A DNA stretch of 62,777 nucleotides, filler included. It is 14 parts of 14 records of this genome, joined end to end, with 100 filler letters (N's around TTAATTAATTAA, not from the genome) between each part and the next. Parts side by side here need not be neighbours in the genome. Positions count along the whole stretch, not along the records: positions 1 to 3,015 come from SRR15195285_8707; positions 3,116 to 7,544 come from SRR15195285_8717; positions 7,645 to 11,924 come from SRR15195285_8720; positions 12,025 to 16,427 come from SRR15195285_8723; 10 more parts are not named here. One strand, written 5' to 3'. The notes beneath the pieces are model-generated. The model saw only the letters and a list, made by a program, of their open reading frames with translations, did no database searches and had not been told where the DNA came from. This document shows positions 1 to 12,336 of this stretch, in pieces. Position 1 is the first letter of the stretch, and each line of letters begins with the position of its first letter. The position numbers were made by a program, and so were the translations under genes.

Positions 1-29
1 GCAGCAGCAGCAGCAGCAGCGGCAGCAGC
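1..29. repeat. (CAG)n microsatellite at contig end
   Basis: gcagcagcag... run read directly from the sequence. Confidence 0.9.
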
Positions 30-1184
30 GCCTCCCAGAGGGGCGGCGTTCGTCCGTAGAGTACGGTATTACATTATATATACTAGTATGAATTATCATT
101 CGTCTGGTTGCTCGCCGCGGCGCATCTGAGACGTGAGTCGTGATCAAGAGTTCTTCTTCCGGGATGTCCGGGATGACCGTGCGCGCGTGCGGTCTGGTCT
201 CGCCCGCCGGCTTGATCGTGTTGATCCTTGACTGCGATCCGGACAAGGGGAGTCTGCCCAGTCGTCGGGTTGTGCCCATACTAGTACAAAAAAAAAGGCC
301 TGTCTCAGAACGAACAAAAACCTACGTACTAGGAATTCCTAGTATACCGGGTAGTGGCTAGTGCGAGACCGGCTGTAATAATCCGCGAAGTTGTTGTTCG
401 GAAAAAGTTCCTTCCCATGGGATTTCTGCTGAGCGAATTTCATCGAGCATTCCCGGGGGATTTCTACTTAACGAATTTTGGCTGCGATAGTCGTGCTGAA
501 CGTGTAGGAGACAGGCAATCCATCCGCAACCTTGCCGACGGCTGGGCTGCTGGGCTGCTGGGCTGCTGGTGAAGGTTGTCAGCATGTGAAGCATGTGAAT
601 ATGCCGAACAGGCACATCCCGAAGGAGCAGAAATGGCACGCGTTCCACGCGGGGGTGCACTGGTGCTGTGTTTGGCATGTACACAGTGTGCGGTGTTGCA
701 TCTAGACCTGACCGGATGGCACTGCAATCGAACAGACTCGGCGTTCACCATCCGCAGCGCGAAGTGGGCGGCAGGCACAAACGCAGACCCGCACGTGATT
801 GAGATCCAGGCGGCGCCAGACAACAAGGCGGCACGAGAGGACCTAGATTTGGCCCCGTGGTCGCAATGAATTTTTGAGGTGACCGCCCAAGCGCCGGAAA
901 GTTCCAGAGGAGGAGGGGCTCTCTGGATGAGACGACCAACAGACAGACAGCCCCCGTGGCCTTCTTTAGGAAAAAGGAAGGAACCTTAAAAAACCGTACA
1001 TTGTAAAAATCTTGTATTTTTTTCAATGAACCCTAACAAGTCAAGCCAAGTCAAGTCATGGAGATGGGCAGCGATGAAGCCACGTTGGCCGAAAACAAAA
1101 CGGAATGCCTTGCCACGGGCCATAGCGACTGGTGTATTTCAGAGTATTGCCAGCGGCGAGGACATGCTCTCTAGTGGCAGCAAT

Positions 1185-2522
1185 TTATTGCCCCTGCTCA
1201 CGGGCGAAAATGAGGCGCACGTTCTCGGGCTTGAGGTTCGCGTATTTGTTCCGACCTTCGATCGCGACACCGTACCTCCCGCCTTCGGTCAGCCCATCCC
1301 CCCGAATTGTCCCTAGCTGCCCATTAAGCTCTGGCGCTCCTTTCACCCCAGTTACCATCACCTGTGTTCCACCCAGCAACTGCACATTCGCTGGCTTCAC
1401 CGTCACGTTCTTGGTGGGGTCAATCGTATCGTCGGTATCGTCTGCGGTGGTGGGAATGAACACTCGACAACAGTAGCGCTCTTTCTCAGCATGCCAGCTC
1501 ACTGCTTCGGCACGGCAGCCGTTCAGTTCTGTGGCGCTGACCAACCCCACGATCTTCACCTCAACCACTGTTGTCTCTGGCTCTGGTTGTGGCGCTAGCT
1601 CTGCCCTTGTTCCCTGCAGTGCTCGCATTCGCTCTTGCCGCTTGGCATGACCGTGCACTGTTTCGCACGCAGCGACAGCCGCCTCTGTGCTTGGGTGGCC
1701 GGCACCCAGCACTTTTCGAAGGTTGCGCACGGCCTCCTGCAGTAGTGGCAGCGCTTCGGCATATTCTCCGTTGTCCGACAAGTGCGTGCCGAGGTCAACA
1801 ACTGCCATCAGTGATTTGGGATCCTCTGCGCCGAGTGTCTGTTGGTACAGTCGCACGCATTGGCGCGCCATCGGGATCGCCTTTTCGAAGTGTTGCAGGC
1901 GCTTGTGAGCATCCGCCAGCTCTTTCATGGCGTTGAGCGTATGCGAGTGGCCATCGCCGAGCCGCCGTCGAAATCCTTCCACAGCTTCTTCTAGCATTGG
2001 AACTGCTTCGGCTGGGCTGCCATCTGCAATGAGCAATGCGCCGCAAGATTTCAATGAGTGTAGGGCCTCGTCACTGTCCCTGCCGAACACCCTGCGATCG
2101 ATTTCAAGTCCCTGCGTCATCAGCTTTAGCGATCCCGAGATGTCATCTTCGCATTCGTGCAGCGCAATCGCAAGTCTGCTCATGGCTGAAATGCGCTCTG
2201 GGATGAATTCAGGAAGTGAGCGCACGGTCTCCCAGCATGCCCGGGCCAGGCCGATCTGCATCGCTCCAGTCCAATACTGGCGGCACGTCGAGCACGAGTC
2301 CCATCCAGAGAATCCGTCGGCAGCTCGACCGCAAACACCACTGGTATCTGCCTGGTTTTGGGCTGCCTTCGCCTGACATGCGACGTGTGCCCAGCCTGCA
2401 GAGCCACGGCAGGCGCAGCCGCCGTGCACGACGGGACCTTCGCCAGCGCCGCAGAGACAGATGCAGCACTCGTGGGTGCCCTGCTTCTTCTTCTTCCCGC
2501 GCTGCTTCTTCTTGCTACTCAT
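1185..2522 (-). CDS. RING-CH (C4HC3) zinc finger plus kinesin-light-chain-type TPR repeats plus two C-terminal SH3-like protist repeats
   Basis: 445-aa intronless ORF. RING-CH: CCIC...CACRGSAGWAHVAC...CSTC. TPR_12-like 42-aa repeats: RRVFGRDSDEAL, RRLGDGHSHTL, QTLGAEDPKSL, KVLGAGHPST. Duplicated motif GLVSATELNG...RY...VKPANV and GVKGAPELNG...RY...LKPENV. Confidence 0.85.
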   Translation of the reverse strand: MSSKKKQRGKKKKQGTHECCICLCGAGEGPVVHGGCACRGSAGWAHVACQAKAAQNQADTSGVCGRAADGFSGWDSCSTCRQYWTGAMQIGLARACWETVRSLPEFIPERISAMSRLAIALHECEDDISGSLKLMTQGLEIDRRVFGRDSDEALHSLKSCGALLIADGSPAEAVPMLEEAVEGFRRRLGDGHSHTLNAMKELADAHKRLQHFEKAIPMARQCVRLYQQTLGAEDPKSLMAVVDLGTHLSDNGEYAEALPLLQEAVRNLRKVLGAGHPSTEAAVAACETVHGHAKRQERMRALQGTRAELAPQPEPETTVVEVKIVGLVSATELNGCRAEAVSWHAEKERYCCRVFIPTTADDTDDTIDPTKNVTVKPANVQLLGGTQVMVTGVKGAPELNGQLGTIRGDGLTEGGRYGVAIEGRNKYANLKPENVRLIFAREQGQ

Positions 2523-2935
2523 CGCGACGCCAGCGGTGTGGTCTCGGGTTTGGTGTCAGTCGCCAGGACACACGACTCGCAGCTAGCGAGGTGCGTGTCG
2601 TCTCGCGCCGGCGCCGCCGGCGCGCGCCAGGGCTACACCGGATCGCGCGCGCGCCGCGGAGCGGCGCACACGGTGAAATTGAAAGAACGGGATGACTCGA
2701 TACATGGCCCGGATTTTTGAATTAGAATTCAAAGCGCATGAAGTTCTTAAAAATTCTGACATGAATAGATCGACAAGGGTTGAAGGGGCGAAGGGGGCCT
2801 CCCGGTCTATGCTATAATACTTAGTAGAGGCCCGCGCCGGTGGCAACCAAATTTCGAGAAGAGTGTTCGCAAGTTCTGATCTGAGAGTGACCAACCTCAT
2901 TTGAGACAAGACAGCCAACCAACAACCAACAACCA

Positions 2936-3015
2936 CAGTAGCGCTACAGCAGTTCTACAGCAACTCCACAGCAGCTCTACAGCAGCTCTACAGCAGCAGC
3001 AGCAGCAGCAGCAGC
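2936..3015. repeat. Degenerate 12-bp repeat (cagcagctctac) grading into (CAG)n at contig end
   Basis: Read directly from the sequence. Confidence 0.85.
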
Positions 3016-3115
3016 NNNNNNNNNNNNNNNNNNNNNNNNNNNNNNNNNNNNNNNNNNNNTTAATTAATTAANNNNNNNNNNNNNNNNNNNNNNNNNNNNN
3101 NNNNNNNNNNNNNNN
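3016..3115. other. Artificial contig-joining spacer (N44-TTAATTAATTAA-N44), first of 13
   Basis: The identical 100-nt spacer with stops in all six frames also occurs at 7545-7644, 11925-12024, 16428-16527, 20050-20149, 24983-25082, 29379-29478, 33557-33656, 38091-38190, 41913-42012, 48008-48107, 51252-51351 and 56898-56997. Confidence 0.99.
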
Positions 3116-3435
3116 TTCCACTCTCTGTGACGTCAAATCGCTGCAGTCAATCTCCGAGTCACTCCCAAATCGTACTAAAGCTGCACACTCACAACAGAGT
3201 ATAGATGCCACACCACACTAGGACTCTAAAGTCGTGCTTTGTCGCCGCATGAACTTCTCCTATTTCAAAATAATCAGATGGAACTTTCCACGAAACAAAA
3301 AGTAAGAGACATCCCTGGTGGTCAGTAGTGAACGGTCGAGGAGGCCGTTTCGCCTATTATTCATAGTGATGCAGCCAGAACACTGAAAAACAAGTACATT
3401 CGCTCAGCTACAGCCCTATATAGGTGTTGGAATTT

Positions 3436-6400
3436 TCACAATACAGTTTTGCCGACCAGCCCAGTGCCAACGTCACGTACCACTACAGTCAGCCCAACCA
3501 AGTCCTCATCGCGACCGAAAGGAAGCACGCCCATCCAGCTCCCTTGCTTTGCCACAAGTTTCTGCGTGAGCAAGGCGTCTTTGGTCGTTCCATCTGCCCC
3601 AAGCACCTCAAGTACGAGCACATGCGTCCCTGGTGTCTCACCACCCTCCACTGCAACACCAACTCGTACAGATACACGGTTCAACTGGTTTTTGTCTTCA
3701 ACTGCTACGGTCACCCCAGTCGCACGATGTGGAAGCGCGGTGAACACAGCGCCTTCGTAGACTGGTAGCACCACGTCAAAAGAGGTTTGCGGTCCGCCAA
3801 GGTATTTTCCATTCCTCGTGTCATACAGGTGGGCCGGCTGGTTGAGGTGGAGGGTAGCTGGAGCAGTGGTTGCTCCCGTACGCCCGAAGCAGACTTCACC
3901 CGTGTCGTTGCGTGCACCCCAGTCGTTGTCCACGCCGTCCATGTAGCTGTTGATCACGCAACCGATGACCATGCCACCACCTTCCAATTCATGCACGCTT
4001 TTTTCGTAGTTGTAGACTTCTTCATCGCTGCTCTTCCCACCATAGCCACCATGCGTGCTGCTGTGGCCTTGCGTTACCTGCACATGTGGTGTCACACCAC
4101 CCAATGACAGCAGGTTCAAGGTCAGCTTCCGGAGATTTTTTGCACTGACACTGCCTGGGTTCTGTCGCTCGTCTATGTATAGCGCTGATGCAGTGGCCTT
4201 TGCCTGCAGTCCTGTGCGCAACTGTGCTGAGCTCCAGTCTTTGCGGGGTCGCTGGTATGTTCTGTCTTCATTGTCACCAGGGGGACTGAACCCATACTTC
4301 GTAACACCGAGGTTGAGATACACAACTTTGCCTGAACCATGTGTTTTCACCACCAGCGCTGGTTTATCTGTGTCATCGCCGAAATGTAGAAGTGCGGTGC
4401 CGTCGCCAGCTCGCAGCCCAGCTTCAACACCGCGCAGACCTGCAGACGTCAATCCATCTACGAGACCCTCAAACCCACTTGGCACATCCCCTGTCTCCAT
4501 GAATGATACCAATCAGCACGAGCACACCAATCCACCAAACACGAGTGGCGGGTTTGGGACAGCAGGACATGTCGATTGTGCGTACCTGTGATCTTGGCTG
4601 TGGCATTACCGTACGCGCTACCCGCTGCACCGTTCATCTCGACAAACGAGTAGTCCTCACGCTTCACGCCTAGAAACGTGTCCCACCACCCTCCGCCCTC
4701 TTCAATACTGCGGCGGTGCAGGTTCCCATCCCAGATTCCAGTGAGAGAGTCCGCGATTAGAGTGCCACCAGCCTCCACCCACAGCTCAATCGCATCTCGC
4801 TCAGCCTTGCTCAGCGCGAGCGACCGAGGTAGCACTAGCACTTTGACACCACGAGTAACAAGGGTACCATTGACAAGCTCGAGGTAGCTCATCCAGCGCC
4901 CCTTCACTCCAACATCCTCGAGCAGCTTGTTCCAGCCGACGTGAGAGAAAAACATCGACATGTGATCAGGTTCGTAAGAGTCCGATCGCTGATTCCAAGA
5001 CTTGCCATCCGCCTCCGAATCCATCATCCACGAGATCTGATTGGACCCCATGCTGTAAAGCAGTGCTACCTCAGAATCAGCCCACTCTGCCGTTTGGAGC
5101 AGCTTGACGAGGCCGCTAGAAAACTCTTTGAACACCGGTGAGACTCCTTCTGCACTGTGAGCCACAGCGACACGCATCGGAAAGATTGGGTGAAATCAGG
5201 CATGCACTGGAACGGCACACCAAGAACAGATGTAGCAGGTGGCAGCAGTACATGCGCTAGTGTACACACTAGGAACTTACTATCGCGTGAGTTGATACTC
5301 GCCAATTGAGTCATTCCGAAAGAAGTTATGGTCCCACCAGATCGGTGCACCGCTCACGCCGTAATGCAACAGCCGGTACCACAACGTGTAGCGGTTCTGT
5401 CGATCACCGGTGGCCGGTTGTGCAATGCCCGCATCGAACAATGTAATGAACGAGAAGATTCGGTCGCCATACTTGTTGTAGCGCATCGATCGAATATACT
5501 CTGGACCGTTGGCGAGATCATAAGACTCAATAGATCCGATCTCGTGTAGTTGTCTCGCCCAGTCATAGCCACTCAGTGGCGTAGAGGCCTCGCCCCCCTC
5601 GAAGCCGACTCTCACATGAGGATCAATTGACCGACCGATGTCAACGCAGCGCTTTTGTGCTGCCGCAAAGGCTTGGTCAGAGAAAGTCCTGAAATCCGAC
5701 CAGGGTGCAAAATTCCTGGCGGCCTTGAGCCCACCTCCTGAGTTCAGCGGAAATTGCTGGTCGCGAATCTCTTGCGTCAGAATCCAGGCCGCCTGGCCAC
5801 CCTTTGGAACGCGAATCGGATCTAGAACTTCTTTGAATGATTCAAAGCCTGCACCCCCTGTCAGTCGCGCACAGTTCGCGTTAGCACACAACAACTGCTC
5901 GGCTTATCTTATCCCTAGTGCTTAATACGCTGTGGTCTTACAGGCCGTGTTGAGCTGAGCAACCGTCTGATACTTGGATTTCAACCACACGTTGAAGGCT
6001 GCCATAGAGTCCGCGGCAATGTCAAAATCAAAAGGGTTCGCACGATGAAACCTGTTTCAAACGGCCACGCAACGTAGACCACATCAACTGATGATGAATG
6101 TGTTCATCTGCGCAAGCCTATGGATGTACAGATTATGCGCACCAGCCGTACTCATCGGCGATGTTCCATTGACTTGGTCTGAACCTTTGGGATCGCTCCA
6201 TGCGAGGGCGGATATTGTCCTCAAGTTGATCCAAACTGCTTGCCGAGCTGAGACTGACAGGCCGAATGAAGTTGCTGCGTCCAGCTGGAGTCCAGTACGT
6301 GTCGTTCTTTAGGAACTCTCCTGTGGCACCGATGCAGAAGAAACCAAGTCGACAAGATCGTTGTCACATCCCAAACCTGTTTGTGGCGCTGAAAGCGCTG

Positions 6401-7252
6401 TATCGCACATCGTCTATGCACAGAGGCACGCGGTGCGCTGCTGCAATGAGGTTCGTAAGGACTGCACTCACCATAAATTTTCTTGAGCGTTTCGGGCAGC
6501 GGGTGGGTCTCGGCCATCTCGAACCAAAGCTTGTCCTCCAAGAAATCATGATTTGGTCGTAAGTTGTGGAGCGCGCCGTGATAGCTTCCGTAGCTTGTGC
6601 CGTCGTCCAAGGGCTTCCCGTCATCTAAACACACGCAGGGACATGGATTGTGTCAAGGCCGACGAGCGCTACCCTTGACGCTGTTGGGCGCCAACACAGA
6701 ACACGTACAGTCATAGTCGCGATACAAGTGCCCGAGGCCAACAGAAGCTTTTTTCAACGCGCCAAAGTACTCAGGGCTGTCGGCTGATCCTCCACCCCAG
6801 ACGTTGGCCCAGTAATCGTCGTAGTCGAGCGGGTAGGGGATGATTGACACGTTGACAGGTTTGGCGTGAACTGAGGCCGACGGAGAACCGGAAACATTGG
6901 AGCTGAAACGACCAGATCCGCGGACCGTGCCAACCATCGTCAGGAACCCAGTCGTATCCAAAGAAAACGGGACCTCGAACGCCGAAGCCTCGTTCCTGGC
7001 CGTGGATTTGAGCTCAACGCGGTCCACGACACGTCCAAATTGATCCTCAAGATCCACGCGCAGTTCGAATGTTCCGCCCGAGGCCGGACCACCAGAGACT
7101 TGAGCGATACCCGTGACATTGTCATTGCGCTCCACAAGCTCCTCGGTGATCGCGACTGAAATCATCGCAGCAGACGATACGGGCGCCAGTGTCGATTGGC
7201 TCTGCGCAAAAGTAGTGCACGTCCCGAGCACTGCCAGCAACAACGTCTCCAT
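3436..7252 (-). CDS. Secreted multi-exon glycoside hydrolase, GH42/beta-galactosidase-trimerisation-domain-like
   Basis: Signal peptide METLLLAVLGTCTTFAQS. Successive minus-strand exons (ORFs 6653-7252, 6221-6634, 5280-5894, 4458-5177, 3436-4512). First intron 6625-6708 is GTACGT...TTTAG and keeps the frame (DYD-Y-DGKP). Motifs PWSDFRTF, VGFEGG, GYDW, and a class-I-GATase-like KVLVLPRSLALS...WVEAGGTLIAD. Confidence 0.7.
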
Positions 7253-7644
7253 AGTGTCGCAAGTGGCAGGTCTTGTCTCGAGAGGCAGGTGGCTTATTCA
7301 GTTAGATACGTATGGCCTCCGCCCTGCCGTCGGGGTGTACGTGGCCGTGTGTGTGCCGTGCCGTGCCCGCCGTGCGCCGGCGCGTGCGTATCGATATGCG
7401 CGCGCGTCCGCGCGATGCTTCTCTAGGTTCCATTCCAATTCCGGCCGCGGGTATGGTACGTATCCGCGCGGTATGTATCGCCTCCGCGCGCGCGCGTATG
7501 TCTTATTCAGTGCTCTTGTGCTACGATCATGGTTACGGTACGATNNNNNNNNNNNNNNNNNNNNNNNNNNNNNNNNNNNNNNNNNNNNTTAATTAATTAA
7601 NNNNNNNNNNNNNNNNNNNNNNNNNNNNNNNNNNNNNNNNNNNN

Positions 7645-8501
7645 CTCCGGCTCCGGCTCCGGCTCCGGCTCCTCCGGCTCCTCCAGCTCCTTCAGCCCCT
7701 TTGGCCGTGGCTCCGTCTCTGACTCGAGTTCAAGCTCAGGCTCTTTGGGTTCTGGGAGCACTGGCGCGAGCACCAGTGGGACTGCCAAGTCCACGCAGCG
7801 ATTGGCCGCCTTGCGCCACTGCCCGACGGGGACGTTGGGCCTCGCGCAGATCACTGCGCAGCACACGCGAGGCAGGTGGCGCTCGGCCCACGACAGTGCC
7901 GCATGGTCTCCGTCGAACTCTGCCAGCTCGATCCCGACCCGAGCCAGCCGCGTGTGCAACGCCTCTACCTCCGCGTCCGGCTGAGGATCGTCCTCAATCC
8001 AGAGCACAACCGGCCCCATCTGCTGCTGCTGCTGCTGCTGCCTCGCGATCGACCCCGTGCTTCCCTGCTGCGAGCCGTCCTCCGCCTCTGAGCCGCCGTT
8101 ATCTGCGTGCAAAAAGAAACAGAAAGCAGCCATACGTTAATGGCTGGCGCTTTTGTACTTCCCATAGCCGCCACGAAGCTGAAAGCGTGGCGTCCCCACT
8201 CCTATGACGCCCTCCTATCTACCACCCATACAGTGTGGCGACTTCTATCTGCCACTCCTACGACGCCCTCCTGTCTACCACGCCTATCATACCGTACAGT
8301 GTACGGCTCCCATACAGTGTGACAGGGGAGTGTGGCCACTCAGGACGGCATTCCGCCAGACACTGTCTGTGCAAAGTACTCTCTTGCGGTGGCTGTGTGG
8401 TGGTCTCTTGTTCTGCTCGTACCTGTAAGAGACGCCGCCGCCGAGGACGTTCGATGGGAATCGGCGCCCGCCACCGCAGGGAGGCGCAGCGGCTCCTCCA
8501 T
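7645..8501 (-). CDS. Partial (3'-truncated) protein with polyQ, atypical receiver-like domain and (EP)n linker
   Basis: Exon 1 8501-8423 (MEEPLRLP...), intron 8103-8422 GTACGA...GCAG, exon 2 DNGGSE...VVLWIEDD...AALSWAERH...CAVIC...PEPEPEPE running into the spacer. Confidence 0.6.
8196..8322. repeat. Intronic degenerate tandem repeat (about 56-bp unit)
   Basis: ccactcctatgacgccctcctatctaccac and ccactcctacgacgccctcctgtctaccac; cccatacagtgtg is also repeated. Confidence 0.75.
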
Positions 8502-9027
8502 GCCGTATGTACACCCTAAAGTGCACCCCGGGCCGCCAAGTGCACCCGCCACCCCCGAAAAAGCGCGCCGTTGGCCGTTTTCCCGGCGGCCGTGCACGTC
8601 TGCATGTTCACCTACGTGATATCGATGGTCATAACCTGGGCACTGCACTCTGAGCATGCGGGATATGACCGGCGACGAGCTAGGGAGCTACCCTCGTACT
8701 GTAGTATTCGAATATATATACCGGTAGCTTGTGTACACGTAATCACCAATTGGATGGACGCGCTATTAGGCATTAGGACCTTATAGATGCAGTGTTGATG
8801 CACTGCCGTATCGCTTGTGGATGTGGATCGATGCGTCGGTCCCGCGCCCGCGCGGATCGGTCTCAGCGCGGTTCCGGGAGCTACAAGTAGCTAGCTGTCA
8901 TACCGCTACAGGTGCTCGTCGTTGAGAGTGTGTGTGAAGGGGCTGCCACAAGGCACGGGCGCATAACGCCGCGCCCAGCACCGCGCAGCGCCCAGCTCCC
9001 GACCGCTCGACACCAGCCGGTTCCGTG

Positions 9028-11234
9028 ATGCTCCTTCACGCCACCCTTGCCGCGGCACTCTGGGCGCTGGCCAGCGCCAACCAAATCGACGTCATGTTCC
9101 CGCACTACTCCCCTCCAGCCGAGTGCGGCTCTGCAGGCTGTCGCGCATGGAACAGCGCGGATGACAAGCTGTTCTTCGACAAGGCGCCATCGGGCAGCGT
9201 CTGTGCCATCCCCGGGGCGGTGGTTGGGCCGGCGACTGGTCCCCCGGAGACCGCCTCTGCCGGTCCGTTCTGCTACTGCAAGGAAACCGGGCAGGCGGCC
9301 TACTGCATGCCACAACTAGGCATTCCCGAACAAATCAATCTGCAGTACGCAGCTCAAGACACCGTGGTGGCCGCGTTTGTCACCTACGAGGCTGCGCCAC
9401 CGACAGAGATGGCGGTCGCCACGCTCTCCGAACAGGGTAGTGGCTCGAGCGAGCAGCAGCTCACCGGCGTCTCACACTGGGTGGCATTCGATGCAGTCAT
9501 TCCTCCCCCGAAGGGGAGTGGCAAGCCGATGGGTGAGCGGAACTGGACGATGCATTTCGTAAAACTGCCTGGCCTCAAGCCGGCGACCAATTACACCTAC
9601 CGGGTGAAGAGCGGCTCAGAGGCTGGGGTCTGGTCTGCTGCCTTCACGTTTCGCTCCGTACGGGCGGCCCCGGACACTCGACTGGCAATGTACGGCGACA
9701 TGGCAGTTACGCGGTACAACGCAGTGTCCAACCTGCTTGCTGATTGCCTCTCTGGCCGGGTGGACGTCTTCGCACACATGGGGGATCACTGCTATGATCT
9801 TGGTCAAGCTGACGATCGGCGTGGCGACGCGTACATGAACGCACTACAGCCCCTTCTATCGGTCTGCCCGTGGATTCCGATTATCGGCAACCACGAGTCA
9901 GAGGCCGATGGCGACGGGGACGCTATCGCTGGGCGTTACCTCAACCAGACCTTCGGCCTGCCTTACGGGAACCCCCTCGCGACGTCCAAGAGCAGCGCCA
10001 CCTCCGGGCTCGGCCACTTGCTGACCAAAGGCACCTACCTCGCGCCGGGCCTCCATGGTACGACTCCTTCGGGCTCGAGCGCGTACTTCTCGGTGGACGT
10101 GGGGCTCATTCATATCACCGCGCTATCGACACAGAAGCCTACAGGTGATGAGCTGGCATGGCTGACTAAGGACCTAGAGGCAGCCAACAAGAACCGCCAG
10201 CAGGTCCCCTGGATCATAGTGACCTCTCATTATCCAATCTTCCTCTCGACGATGCAGGCCACCTCCGTCAACTCAAGCGCCTCTGCGCTCGGCTGGCACT
10301 CCGAGGCGGGCGAGATATGCTCCGATGGAATCTGCGCAGGGACTGAGTACATGAGCTGCGAGGCGGCCGGGGAGGCAGCGGGCTGCGCGACAGTCGGTGA
10401 GATGGTGGAAGAGAGCAGCAATTCAATGGGCATCCTATTCAATCGCTATGGCGTGGTTTGTCCTCACGCTGCTTCTTTACTAGACATACCCTACTAGTTC
10501 TCGTCCCTTGCGACACTCAAATACCTAACTTTGGGCCTAAACCTATGAATGCGCAGGACGTGTACAACGCAGGCCACTCGCATCTGTACGCTGTGACGTG
10601 GCCAATGCTCGGGGGCAAGGCCACGCAAAAGGACTACAACACTCCTCAGGGAACCGTCTATATCACTGAAGGCAACGGGGCTGTGCCGGGCACTGGCCCG
10701 AATTCAACGCTCGGAAAGCCACCGGCCGATTGGGGGCGGATCCACGGGACTGGCGGAGCGTACGGCATCTTCACCACGACAACCGCATCCACGCTCACGT
10801 ACCAGCACGTGTGGAACAATGGCAACGGGGGCAAGGGGAAGGTGATGGAGACATGGGAGATCACGAACGCCACGCACATCCAGCCACCATTGCCACCACC
10901 ACCGCCGCCGCCGCCACCCGCACCACCCGCACCGCCACCAGCGCCTCCGCCCGCGGGCATGAGCTGGTTCTGCCTCAACAACACGTCGTTCAACTCTGGT
11001 CATGGTATGGGTCTCAAGGACGTCGAAGTTAGCACGAACAGCCCCGACATTGTGGCTTGTCAAGACTCGTGCAACAGCGAGCCAAATTGCGTGGCGCTGC
11101 GGCTACATGGGACCGACAGGCACTGCCACGGGCTCGTCGGCAAAGAAGTGCCGACGCGCGTTGAATTTACCAAGTGGGCGAAGCCGATTAAACCGTCCGA
11201 GCTGTACACGTCGTGTTTGTTAGTCAAGGACTAG
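9028..11234 (+). CDS. Secreted purple acid phosphatase with Pro-rich linker and C-terminal PAN/apple-like domain
   Basis: Signal peptide, FN3-like N-domain, metallophosphoesterase motifs YGDM, GDHCY, GNHE, SHYP and GHSH. Intron 10456-10556 (GTTTGT...GCAG) joins YGV to DVYNAGHSH. C-terminal CQDSCNSEPNC...HC. Confidence 0.9.
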
Positions 11235-12336
11235 CTTAGACTTGACACTTGAGAGGCAAGTCTGTGATGCGAGCGCTTGCACGCGCGTGCTGTGTGGTGG
11301 TATGGAAATGAAGTCCCATCCATGCTACCAACGCCCATATTTGACCAACAGTACAACGACTACAATTGTATATCAGGTCCATGGCGTGTATGCAACTATA
11401 TCGGTACTTTCTGCTGCGAAGACTGAGCTCAGCATATCTGGGTCTGTGTCAGATGGGCTACGGGCGCGTGGCAGCTGGAGCTGCAGATGGCGCGGTTCAA
11501 ACATCCACAAAACCAATGGTATGCATTCACTAGTCGCAGTCACATCGACACTCGAACGCATACTAGTACAGAGTCGTCCCACTAGCCAAGTAAAAACGTA
11601 GCGACGTGCTATCATGACAATGTAATTCAAGCTCCATTTGTCAAGCGTCTTGCACGGATCTAATAGTTCCTAGACCCATCGAGCGACTCATCTATCGTTG
11701 GAGGGTCAATTTGCGTGAATAGTATTGGTAGCCCGAACGCCATTAAGCTCGAGAGCTGCACCAGTGACTTCCATGCTAGTTGGTATGAGAGACGTATTGA
11801 AAACACATGCACGCCTAGCCCACTCACCCCAAGCCGTGAAACATAACGTTCCAACGCTTCGACCCGACCCAGTGTGCTGTGTGGCGCGAGGCCACGTCCA
11901 GTTGTGCGCAATTTGTTGAGCTCANNNNNNNNNNNNNNNNNNNNNNNNNNNNNNNNNNNNNNNNNNNNTTAATTAATTAANNNNNNNNNNNNNNNNNNNN
12001 NNNNNNNNNNNNNNNNNNNNNNNNGAATTCTGCGTAGAGTTCATAGGCTGAATTAGCGTACTGTACTACCTGCTGGTACGTACTGATCATGCATGCCCCG
12101 GGATGGATAACTCCGCGCGCGTGCTTTCCAGTGCTCGCTCGCGCAGAGCTCGTGCGCGCACCCGTGCACCCCTACGCCGTCGCGCGTCCGGGTGCACGTG
12201 TAGCTGTACCATCAGCTACTAACTTAAGTTGCATACCGCGGTACTGTACGCGTAGTACTTGCGCTTGCACCGACGTCTCGTTTGCATTTATCCCTAGTAG
12301 AGCTAGCCAAAAGCGAGTGCGCTGGATGATCACGTG

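Noticed and set aside
576-869. 97-aa Cys-containing ORF
   Set aside because: TTG start and no recognisable family. It could be a gene fragment but cannot be supported.
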